Shown here piece after piece: positions 39,428 through 50,055 of a stretch of DNA of 64,000 nucleotides. The stretch comes from Girardia tigrina (lineage: Eukaryota), in the NCBI GenBank assembly GCA_001938485.1, contig MQRK01227907.1, positions 49,577 through 113,576 of the forward strand, in the 5' to 3' direction. Below the pieces are notes generated by a model that was not told the DNA's origin, made no database searches, and saw nothing but the letters and a program-made list of their open reading frames with translations. Both the position numbers and the translations under genes were made by a program. The stretch's first letter is position 1; every line of letters begins with the position of its first letter.

Positions 39428-40528
39428 ATACTTAGGCTGTCCCAAAAGTCCTCAGGTGGCCATTAATATTTCACCAAATTTGGACTGAATATTATCCAGA
39501 CTGTCATAAATACTGTGTTAAAATTTCAAAGCATAAAATTAAAAAGTAAAATTTTGTTTTATTAAAGTATTGAAATTTTAAAAATGCTGCGAATTCAAAT
39601 CAAGCGGTTTTTAACAATGGAACCAAATAAATGTTGCCAGCGTTTTTTTGTTCTAACTCAAAGTAAAAGAGGATTCTCTGCTTCAGAAATTCTTCAGCAA
39701 CTTCAGCAGGCATGGGAAGACGCAAATCACCCAGCACTGAAAACTGTTCAACAATGGTTGACTGATTTTAAAAAAGAAAAGCGGACGTCCTTCGACGATT
39801 CATCAAGAAGTGGCAGGCCGTCATTAATAGATGATGAAAAGATTAAAGCAATCAAAGAAGTGATTGATGAAGCTCCACATGCATCTTTGCGTTATATTGA
39901 AAATGAACTTTCTTTAGGCAAAAATACAGTCCACAAAATTTTGCGTGAAAAACTTCGTTACAAAAAAGTTTGCTCTGTTTGGGTCCCTCACGAACTTTCT
40001 GCTATTAATAAACAAAAACACATTAACACTGCAAAGCATTATTATGAGTTGCTTCCGTATGGCCAAACACTAAATTCAGATCTGTACTGTCAACAACTGG
40101 ACCGTTTGAAGATAGCAATTGATGAGAAACGAAAAGAATTGGTCAATAGAAGAGGTGTTGTGTTCCATCACGACAACGCCAGACCACATACGTCTGTAGT
40201 GACTCGCCAGAAACTCAGGAAGCGTGGTTGGGAAGTTTTAATGCATCCACCATATAGTCCGGACGCCAAGCGATTACCACCTTTTTCTCGCATTGCAAAA
40301 TTTCCTGAGTGATAAGAAATTTGGATCAATAGAAGATTGTGAAAATCGATTACTACAGTTTTTCACCAATAAGGACCAAGACTTCTACGACATAGGCATT
40401 ATGAAGCTACCTTCGAAATGGCAACTAATTATACAACAAAACGGTGCATATTTCACTCCAAGAGGACAATCCGAAACATGTTAAATAAAGTTTTGAATTT
40501 CATGCCAAATGGATTTCGTTTTCCCCAA

Positions 40529-40533
<5 letters not shown>
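39428..40533 (+). mobile_element. Chimeric mariner (N-terminus of one family fused to C-terminus of another)
   Basis: ORF 39584-40312: HTH region to WVPHEL..KQKHINTAK jumps directly to HYYELLPYGQTLNS..HDNARPH..YSPD, so the first catalytic D is missing. The left end (ttaggctgtcccaaaag) and right end (ttttccccaacc) are not reverse complements. Confidence 0.8.
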
Positions 40534-40569
<36 letters not shown>

Positions 40570-41869
40570 AATATTCTTTACATCAGTATTTTTTCATCCC
40601 TAAATATATTTATTATATATTAAGATTAATCACATTTTTATTTGGTGTGATTGATGTTCATTGATTTTTTTAAACGTATTTTTATTTTTTATGGAAATAA
40701 AACCATTAATAAACTAAAATTAAAAAAGTTATTTGTTTAAACGCATGGAAATAAAAAAAAAGAATACCGAGAAAAGAGAATCATTACAAAAATATTGCAA
40801 AGAAGATAGTCCAAATATTATTAATCTCGCAAACGATTTCTATTCATCGCGAAGAAACGAAAAAACCAAATTCCAATACATGTTAAAAATTCCAGATCAG
40901 ATTGATTGTTTTCTTTTCTACCGATTTATTCCTCAAAAACCTGCCAAAACAATCTATCCAACGGAGTTTTGAGAAGAACTATACTATCTACCGATTGATT
41001 TTTTATTCCGATTTGAGTGAGTTATTAATTACTAATTTGTATTATTCACAGATTCGTACTCATCAGTCCTAAACCAGTCACTTAATCAAGGCTAGTTTGT
41101 CTTTTTCTTCCATCCATTCTTACTATATATGCTTACGAAATTCCTCTAATTATAGTTATTGCTTATTTATTAAACAATTTAGAAAAACCGTATATTTATT
41201 AAATTCTTGCCCTACAATGAAGTTTTCATGATCAGATCATCCTGATTATCCTATGAGGAGGAATAAAGAAATATAGAACCGAATTGATGGCAACTCGTAT
41301 GTACTATATAAATGTATAAATATGGCGTTGATATATCATTAATTAACCCTAATCAATATATTGAAACATGGAGACAGAAGATTTGTTCTCCAATGTCACG
41401 GTGCCAAGAAGGAACAATTTCCTCAACGTTGTGAGCACAGAATTTCTAATCCCAAGGATTGATTCATGTCAAGAATAATCAGTGACAGAGGAAATCTGTC
41501 AATAAAATCAAGAGCTCATTGAAATATAAATAACGAGCAATTGAAATTCACTAATCCTAAGACAATGATTCCTCAAGAAACGGAGAGATTTTATTTTATT
41601 TGAATTTACAATTTCATATTAAATCTGTTTCCATAACTCGAAAGATATGAATCTGTCTCGTTTCAAGAGTCAACTGAGGATTTCGTTTCGCTTTAATTGT
41701 ACAGCGAGACTTTCCAAAACTTATCAAATATTTTAAAAATAATTCTTCAAAATTTTAAACTATTTCATAATATATTAGTAAATTAATAAATTATACATAT
41801 ACATAATTTATATAATTAATATTGAAATAATTTAAATTATATATAACATTATTTGAAAAGCGTTGTTAA

Positions 41870-42073
41870 CCCTAGAAAGGCCAACATAAACACAGCAGTA
41901 TAATCAAAACAGATCTCATCGGTCTGTTCATTATTTTATATTGAAAAAATTATAAGCCTAAATAAATATGCAAACATTAAAATTTTATTTTATTTTAAGC
42001 AAATCAAGTCTATTAGTTTTTAAAATATAAATTTTATATTTCGTTTCAAGTGGACTTTTTGGTCTTATAAGGA
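41870..42073. mobile_element. Degenerate piggyBac-like MITE
   Basis: TTAA|CCCTAGAAAGGCCAA...TTGGTCTTATAAGGA|TTAA. Confidence 0.6.
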
Positions 42074-42358
42074 TTAAATAATCGATTTCGTTTCCATATT
42101 TTTAGTTAGGTATTACTTTTATTATCCAATTAAATTAAATTATTTTTTAACTCATTTTATTTTGTATTTATTTGTATCCAACCGCTCCTCATTTTTATCA
42201 AAATTTGTTCAAAGATAAAAAAATCATCTTTTTGAAAAGATGTACAACATAACTCGATCTACTCAACTGAACTAATCCTTAAATTTTCAATTAATTTTAA
42301 TAATTTTTGTATAAATATGTTTGAATAAATAATATTTTTTGAATATATATATATATAT

Positions 42359-42468
42359 NNNNNNNNNNNNNNNNNNNNNNNNNNNNNNNNNNNNNNNNNN
42401 NNNNNNNNNNNNNNNNNNNNNNNNNNNNNNNNNNNNNNNNNNNNNNNNNNNNNNNNNNNNNNNNNNNN
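42359..42468. other. Assembly gap
   Basis: Run of N. Confidence 1.
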
Positions 42469-42532
42469 GATAATGGCATTTTTAATAATAATGAAAAGAA
42501 AGGCCATTTTTTAATATTAAATTTATTCGCAA

Positions 42533-42569
42533 TACATACGCGTTTCACCATTTCGGCATCTTCAGTGCA
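42533..42569 (-). ncRNA. Minimal hammerhead ribozyme HHR4 (sense to host pre-mRNA)
   Basis: UGCA-CUGAAGA-U-GCC-GAAAU-GGU-GAAA-CGCG-UA^UGUA. Stem II is weak (G-U closing pair). Confidence 0.75.
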
Positions 42570-42847
42570 ATGAAATAAAGTGATTAAGTGCTATTTATAT
42601 AGTTGAAAACTATTACATCATACGTCTCAAAAACATGCTTTTTTCTTTAAAAAAAAAGAAAAGTATTTTTAATGATATTTTAAAAAACTTTAATATGATT
42701 AGATATATCATCTAATCATATTAAAGTTTTTTAAAATATCATTAAAAATCCTTTTCTTTTTTTTTTAAAGAAAAAAAGCATGTTTTTGAGACGTATGATG
42801 TAATAGTTTTTCAACTATATAAATAGCAATTAATCACTTTATTTCAT

Positions 42848-42884
42848 TGCACTGAAGATGCCGAAATGGTGAAACGCGTTTGTA
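42848..42884 (+). ncRNA. Minimal hammerhead ribozyme HHR5
   Basis: Inverted twin of HHR4, with a GUU triplet. Confidence 0.72.
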
Positions 42885-42959
42885 TTGGGAATAAATTTAA
42901 TATTAAAAAATGGCCTTTCTTTTCATTATTATATATTATTATATATTTTATTAAGTCAG

Positions 42960-43600
42960 ATTTTGTCAAATGTTATGCATATGATATGGTTATGAAGCGA
43001 GCAAAAAATGTATAAATCGTTTTGACTCCATGTTCAGAGAGTATGCGAATGATGAAAAATCTCTCATTGGAACTGTGTAAAGCTTTTTAAAATCATGGAA
43101 CAAGAGAACTTAGCCTTGTTTACTCAGTATAGTTGTGCTATATAGAGATTTTATCAACCCTCTTTTTCCTTTCTAGCATTTTCCAAAGCATAAAGTCTTC
43201 ACAATCTCATCAGACGCAGGTCATTATCTTTCCTGGTGGTATGTTACTTACCTCTTAACTTGGAATTCGTTCCTTCCTTTGCTTCATTTTAATTTAGAAA
43301 CACCGTTTCTCGTCTCTCATAACAGTTTTGTAAAGTAATTGTTGTTTATGGATGACAAACAAGTGTTCCAAAGCAACAGACAATCTTCTCATCATATTCT
43401 TAACATGTTTAACGATTGTTCTATTTCAAAAGTGATTTAAGATAGTTTCCGTCGAAGTTAGAAGATTGCTCTGAAAAGGACCTGTCGTTGAATTCGAAAT
43501 TTCCAATTTTGCTCAGTCTTGAAATCTAAAGCTTCCTCTTCATACATGATGAAAATGTCTCTAACTGTTTTGGTAGCTTTGCGACTACGACTAAGATTCA
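42960..43600 (-). mobile_element. Decayed Penelope RT N-terminal half
   Basis: Fragments YDEKI, RIPxLRG and DFKKLYTVP (compare DVxSLYTNVP) occur in PLE order, with many stops. Confidence 0.45.
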
Positions 43601-43620
43601 AATAAAGTAACTATCGAAGA

Positions 43621-44150
43621 TGGGCCTCCCATCACTTTCGAATGGTATTGAGCCTCTAGGCTCTTTAGAGGGTCCACCCAAACTAAAGAATCGCTAGTAG
43701 CCCCCCGATAGGCCTCCTCCGGGGTCGGATAGTTTCGGTCTCCGAGATCTTTTCGGCTTCCCTGTGAGAAACGACCACCCATGGGTTGTATAGCCATGGT
43801 TCTGCATACCTTTGGCTGTATTCGTGGACTTCGTACAGCCGGGAAAGGGACATCTGAACTCCCCCCTTGCAATTAGATCTGCAATCCTAAAAGTCAGATG
43901 TGTTTCTTCAGTACCTATCGCTTCTTCCACCGCCGTCGAGATAGTCGGGGGGTCCGTCACGGATTGAATCTGGTTGCCTGGAATGTTGAGGTTTTCTACG
44001 ACTCTTTCTTATGTGGTATTTGTTGTACTGGTTTGCACTGGTGTCATTGTCAGTTCCCCAATTTCTTCTGTCTCCTCCAATTTATGATCCCGGTAGAGGT
44101 TCCTGGTCACCCCTTCGTTTTGTACTACTTTTTACATAGTGTACATAGTG
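43621..44150 (-). mobile_element. LINE 3' end with C2H2 fingers
   Basis: CTLCKK..H, FRCPFPGCTKSTNTAKGMQNHGYTTH, then the shared terminus GGGAGGCCCA. Confidence 0.75.
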
Positions 44151-44614
44151 TCGAAGATAATTATTTTCTCACCTTGATTTTTCATCTGTGTACCTTAAAA
44201 TTAAAGTAAAATTAAGTTTCTTAGAAAAAATGATCAAGAATCTTTGAATGGGTATTTACACTTTGCTTAAAAGAAGACAAAACGGCAAGAATAAGTATCG
44301 CATAAACAACTTGGTAACTTATAGAAAAACGCAATAATTTAACATTTTTTTCGCTAAAAACAAATATTGTCATGTCTCGAACATATGCGGGTTATACTTA
44401 TAAAATTATTCTAAATAAAATATTAGGGTTTACTCTAATTACAGCTTGTATTTAAGTAAATAAAACTTTTAAGGGGTTTTCTGTCCATTTGACATTAGCT
44501 GATTTGTTTTTCTACAGAAACTGAGGTTTTATCAATTTAAAAAATATAATATAAAATAAATAACAAAGTTAATGATTCAGTTATTTTATCTGTAATAAAA
44601 TAAGAATTGATTAA

Positions 44615-44941
44615 CCCCACAGCTGTATACTAAGCCTTTTATGAATATTTAGTTTGTCAGTTTCCATGAATTTTTTAAGTTTTAAAATTGAATTTTGGTT
44701 TAACTTCTAAATTTGTTCCCACATTGCAAAGATTTCTAAAAATATGAAAAAAGTGAAAGAGACATAATGAAGGTTTTTTGTATACATTTCTTAATTTTAA
44801 AGTTGTGCAAGGGATGAAAGATTTCGTTTCACGATTTTATAATACTAATTGAGCTATCGGATGTTGTAACATTTGGTTAAGTTCAAAAGTTATTCAAAAA
44901 AAAGCTTATGGCCCGATCTGACCGTAAAGGTCCTCAAGGGG
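44615..44941. mobile_element. Possible piggyBac-like MITE
   Basis: TTAA|CCCC...GGGG|TTAA. The TIR match is short. Confidence 0.4.
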
Positions 44942-45189
44942 TTAATCTATTTTCTACTTATAATTAAAAGAATTTCGGTCACATATTATCCTCTAAATTA
45001 ATATTATTATATCTTTTATCGTTTACACTTCACCAGTTTTTTATAAGCATCAAAAGGTTGAAAAGATTTTTTGTTTAATTGTAAAAATGATCGTCTAATA
45101 ATTCGTATAAATGTAATATTTAAAAAAATTATAACTAAAGAAATCCATAAAGTATTTATTTATATATTTTAAAACAAAATGTTGTGCAA

Positions 45190-45192
<3 letters not shown>

Positions 45193-45236
<44 letters not shown>
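45193..45236. repeat. (TA)n microsatellite; similar tracts at about 14142, 14858, 23768, 38198, 40531, 50008 and 62378
   Basis: Direct observation. Confidence 0.9.
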
Positions 45237-45238
<2 letters not shown>

Positions 45239-45959
45239 CGTATGTGTCACGAAATTTGTAAGTTCTGTTTTTGTGACAACTAAAGTGATGTTTTTATCAT
45301 TAAATTGTAACAATTTATATTTACATTATAATAGTAAAACTATGTAAATAATAATAAAAATTTATTAATAAATATAAATTGCTATTTATTTTTTTTTCCA
45401 TTTTCTTCAAATAAGTAAATACAATAAGTGAAAAATGTCATTATATTTTTAGATGAAAACAAAAATATTTTTTGTGAATAATTTTTGTTTTCATATTTTT
45501 TTCCATTTGCACTGTGGCAAAGATTGATTATTCATATACTCCCCCCGTTACGCCTTGCACAAATGGATATTCTTTCAATCTTCGACAAAATTTGTAATTA
45601 TTTATTAACATATAATTTAGAAAAAAAGTAGTATGTTTAAAATAGCTTTTCTGCAAAATATTTATATTTATGATTCATATAATATTATGTTTATTGAAGA
45701 TGATTGCTAAGATAGGAGGTATCAATTTATCCCCTGAAGGGTTTAATGAAACATGTTTCAGTTTGTATTCAGGTACAAGAAACGAAAATTTACACCAAAA
45801 CTTACATTATTTTATTTTCATAACAAATAGAAAAAACAAATTTTTAATTTTTTTAAGAAAATAAAACATTTTGATATATTACAGGAATTATATAAACATA
45901 ATATTCTAAAACTTTCTTCACATATAAAATAGTACAATAATCAATTTATTAAAAACAAA

Positions 45960-46350
45960 TAAACACCATTTAAAAATATATTTTGTGATAATATATTTCG
46001 ACGGTTTAACCGTCATCATCAGATCACTGATTATGTTCTTTTTCATTGCTTTTATATAAGAAATGAATGATTATGCAATCACTAACGTAAGTCTAATCGA
46101 AAACTCTTAACAAATTAGTTGAGAGTGCTGTTTGAACATTGATTTTCGGATCACATGATCTTATCAACAATGCTTCACATGACACTCTTCCAATAATTTT
46201 TAAAATGCTTGCACAAAATCTTAAAATCATTTATGCTCATATTACATTTACACGTTTTTTTATGCTCAGCAATATTACTCTTTTCCCCTTTTTGATTGTG
46301 TTCTTGGAATCTTTTGCAGAGATTGTAAGTTTTTTTTCAAGTTTATTTGT
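45960..46350 (-). mobile_element. Penelope-like 3' end: GIY-YIG endonuclease C-half plus pseudo-LTR
   Basis: KTYNLCKRFQEH..SNIAEH..DFKIL..EALLIRSCDPKINVQTALSTNLLRVFD*, followed by a hammerhead. Confidence 0.8.
45985..46027 (-). ncRNA. Minimal hammerhead ribozyme HHR6 (sense to host pre-mRNA)
   Basis: GUGAU-CUGAUGA-U-GACGG-UUAAA-CCGUC-GAAA-UAUA-UU^AUCAC, with perfect 5-bp stems I and II. Confidence 0.9.
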
Positions 46351-46708
46351 AATCAATTTATGTTAAAACTTTTAAGGTTTTACTTCTCAGTAATAGAAGG
46401 ATGAAGGAGAAGGTTTAGCAAATTTTATAAAAGTACTTTGCAGTTATCATAAACCTCTGTGATACATGAATAGTAGATTTTTTTAAAAGAAGATCAACTA
46501 CCGCTCTAAAGGTTCAGAAAATTATCGTAAGAACATAGAAAATAGATCATCACAAAGTGATAAAGGTCTCAAAGAATGAAATGTAAAAAACATAAATAGA
46601 AGAAAAAAACCTGATGATTAATCAGGTTTAAGCATGGTAAGACATATGGATGAATAAAAATGTTTTGAGAATAATTTTTTTTTATTTTGTTCAAATTCTC
46701 TGAATATA

Positions 46709-47930
46709 TTAGGTTGATGCATAAGTTTTTAGCCCTATATTTATTATAAACGAAATATAACTAAATAATTTAATTGATTATTTATTTAAAAGTAAATACT
46801 CGTATTTTCTAAGACGTTCAAAAATGAACAAAATTCATCTTCGACATTGCATGCTTTTCATGTTTAATTTAGGAAAAAACACCACCGAAACATTGGATCA
46901 AATTACACAAGCCTATGAAGCTGATACTGTTTCATATGCCACGGTCAAGAACTGATTCAAGAAGTTTAGAAATGGTGAGTATGACCTAGAGGACAAGCAG
47001 AGAAGCGGAAGACCTAAAGAAACTGAAGATTCGCAATTGGAGGCATTGCTTCAAGGGGATTCAACCCTGGTGACAAGTGATATGGCTAAGATCCTAGAAA
47101 TCGATCAATCAACGATGCAACGAAGACGGCAATGGGAAAAGTTTTGAAAGTTGGACATTGGGTTTCGCACCAGTTATCACATGCACATATTGCACAAAGA
47201 CTAAATTTATGCGTTGCACTTCTTTCACGTCACCGCCGTAAATCGTTTTTGTGGAGGATTGTCACCGGGAACGAAAAATATGTGTATTACGAAAACCCAT
47301 AGCGTAAAGGATCATGGGTAGATGCGGGTCAACCTTCAACTTCAACGCTAAAACCTAATCTTCATAGCAAGAAATTGTTACTCTGCATATGGTGGGACAT
47401 GAAGGGAGTCCTCTATTATGAGTTACTTAAACCCGGAGAAACAATCACGGCACAACGCTACAGTGTACAGTTGTTGAAACTGAGCGAAAAAATCAAAGAA
47501 TTGCGGCCGCAACATGTACATTCGATGAAAAAAATCATCCTACTTCACGATAACGCTACACCACATGTTGCGAAAGCGACAAAAAATAAATTTTTGGAAC
47601 TGGGATGGGAGGTTTTACCGCATCCGGCGTATTTTCCGGACATTGCTCCATCCGATTGTCATTTGTTTTGCTCTCTACAACATATTCTGGCTGGTGAGCG
47701 ATTCAAACAAGAAAGTGATGTGCGAAATTGCATGGATGAATTCATGGCATCGAAAAATTTTTTCAAACCAGAAAAATTTTTCACCGATGGAATTAGAAAA
47801 TTACCGGAAAGATGGCAAAAATTAATTGATTGTAACGGCGAATACTTCACCGATTAATATTTTGTAGTTCCTTTAGAAATTCTTTGATAAAAGTATTAAA
47901 AATAGGCTACAAACTTATGCATCAACCTAA
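46709..47930 (+). mobile_element. Full-length (1222 bp) mariner with a disabled transposase
   Basis: TA|TTAGGTTGATGCATAAGTTT...AAACTTATGCATCAACCTAA|TA. ATG at 46824 and stop at 47857. Motifs IVTGNEK (D>N), HDNATPH and YFPDIAPSD. Internal stops and a frameshift are present. Confidence 0.95.
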
Positions 47931-48539
47931 TATTTAACATATATAACAAGCAAAATGTTTTCAAAAACAAAATTTTTCAACTAAACTTTAACCATCATAA
48001 AACGACATGCAATTTTCTCATCACTTTTGTTGATGTACATTCTGAAAGCTGCCCGAGAGCAACAGTCTCATTATTTCCATGTTGCAAAAATATAATTATT
48101 TATATATTATGGAAAATAATATTCAGAAATTCGATAATATAACCGACATAAAGAATATTACATTAGAATTAATAATATATTTATTAAAATAATGTTCCTT
48201 TTTATTAAAAAAATAATTTCCTATTATTGTTTTTATTTAAACAAAAATTTAATTTATTAATAATTTTAATAAAATTTTTAAAATACTGTTTTTATTGTAT
48301 ATATATATATTTAATATTTGTATTTTTATATATTTATATATATTTATATTTTATATTTAATATTTTGGAAAAATAATTTTGTTAAAGCCTTTTTAAGAAA
48401 TTAATAATTGTACATGTTTCAGAAAATCTTTTTCCATCATCTACAATTTAATTTGTTAATATACCTGTTTTATAAAATAAAGTTAAAGCGGATAATTTAT
48501 TTATTCATTTCTCTTAATTGAAGATATTGTTGGATAATA

Positions 48540-48781
48540 ATGGCAAAATGTTTAAATAATTAATCAAGGCCCTTCTGTAAACCATAAAACTCATCCTTTG
48601 AAATATAAGAGATTGTATTTTTACAATGTGACCAATGATCAAGAACCTTATTCGATCGACTCAATTGCAAATGCTCACTAAGACGAGTTTTAAAATGACG
48701 ATTTGTCTTTTCAATGTACAAGTTTTTACACCTGTGACAATTAAATTTATGAACGGGTGGAAAAACTTGTACATTGGAAAA
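48540..48781 (-). mobile_element. Penelope GIY-YIG fragment with a terminal foldback
   Basis: HKFNCHRCKNLYIEKTNRHFKTRLSEH..DH..HC. Inverted repeat of about 25 bp at 48708-48732 / 48756-48781. Confidence 0.85.
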
Positions 48782-48784
48782 CTT

Positions 48785-49131
48785 GTACAAAAGAAGGAGC
48801 TGAACAGACACATGAAAAGGGACCACGCGGTGTCCACTTCCGCTAATCCTGATCAGCTCAATGAGATACAACAACAGCAATTGCCATTCCCATGTACACT
48901 ATGCAAAAAGTCGTACAAAACGAAGGGGTGGCTGACCAGGCACCTCTACCGGGATCATAAATTGGAGGAGACAGAAGAAATTGGAGAACCGACAATGACA
49001 CCAGCGCAAATGAGTACAACCACAGAAGAAAGAGTCGTAGAAAACCTCAACATTTCAGGCAACCAGATTCAATCCGTGACGGACCCCCCGACTATCTCGA
49101 CGGCGGTGGAAAAAGCGATAGGTACTGAAGA
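48785..49131 (+). mobile_element. LINE C2H2-finger region (longest copy, cut by the gap)
   Basis: QKKELNRHMKRDH..FPCTLCKKSYKTKGWLTRHLYRDH..TDPPTISTAVE. Confidence 0.75.
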
Positions 49132-49181
49132 NNNNNNNNNNNNNNNNNNNNNNNNNNNNNNNNNNNNNNNNNNNNNNNNNN
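49132..49181. other. Assembly gap (50 N)
   Basis: Run of N. Confidence 1.
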
Positions 49182-50006
49182 TTTCTTATATAAAAGCAAT
49201 GAAAAAGAACATAATCAGTGATCTGATGATGACGGTTAAACCGTCGAAATATATTATCACAAAATATATTTTTAAATGGTGTTTATTTGTTTTTAATAAA
49301 TTGATTATTGTACTATTTTATATGTGAAGAAAGTTTTAGAATATTATGTTTATATAATTCCTGTAATATATCAAAATGTTTTATTTTCTTAAAAAAATTA
49401 AAAATTTGTTTTTTCTATTTGTTATGAAAATAAAATAATGTAAGTTTTGGTGTAAATTTTCGTTTCTTGTACCTGAATACAAACTGAAACATGTTTCATT
49501 AAACCCTTCAGGGGATAAATTGATACCTCCTATCTTAGCAATCATCTTCAATAAACATAATATTATATGAATCATAAATATAAATATTTTGCAGAAAAGC
49601 TATTTTAAACATACTACTTTTTTTCTAAATTATATGTTAATAAATAATTACAAATTTTGTCGAAGATTGAAAGAATATCCATTTGTGCAAGGCGTAACGG
49701 GGGGAGTATATGAATAATCAATCTTTGCCACAGTGCAAATGGAAAAAAATATGAAAACAAAAATTATTCACAAAAAATATTTTTGTTTTCATCTAAAAAT
49801 ATAATGACATTTTTCACTTATTGTATTTACTTATTTGAAGAAAATGGAAAAAAAAATAAATAGCAATTTATATTTATTAATAAATTTTTATTATTATTTA
49901 CATAGTTTTACTATTATAATGTAAATATAAATTGTTACAATTTAATGATAAAAACATCACTTTAGTTGTCACAAAAACAGAACTTACAAATTTCGTGACA
50001 CATACG

Positions 50007-50055
<49 letters not shown>

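Larger units (their letters stand above)
42485..42932. repeat. Palindrome with arms of about 220 bp, made of two PLE pseudo-LTR halves
   Basis: Arms 42485-42704 and 42710-42932 with a 5-nt loop ATATC. The arms differ at several positions. Confidence 0.9.
43621..46063. repeat. Left arm of a 2443-bp inverted duplication (partner 49182-51624)
   Basis: Identical ORF translations appear on opposite strands, and the (TA)n tract has the same length in both arms. Confidence 0.95.

Noticed and set aside
41045-41075. CUGAUGA-GUAC-GAAU on the minus strand; also CUGAUGA at 7817, 8631, 12005 and 46611
   Set aside because: No stem II plus GAAA plus UH/stem I arrangement. These are expected chance heptamers.
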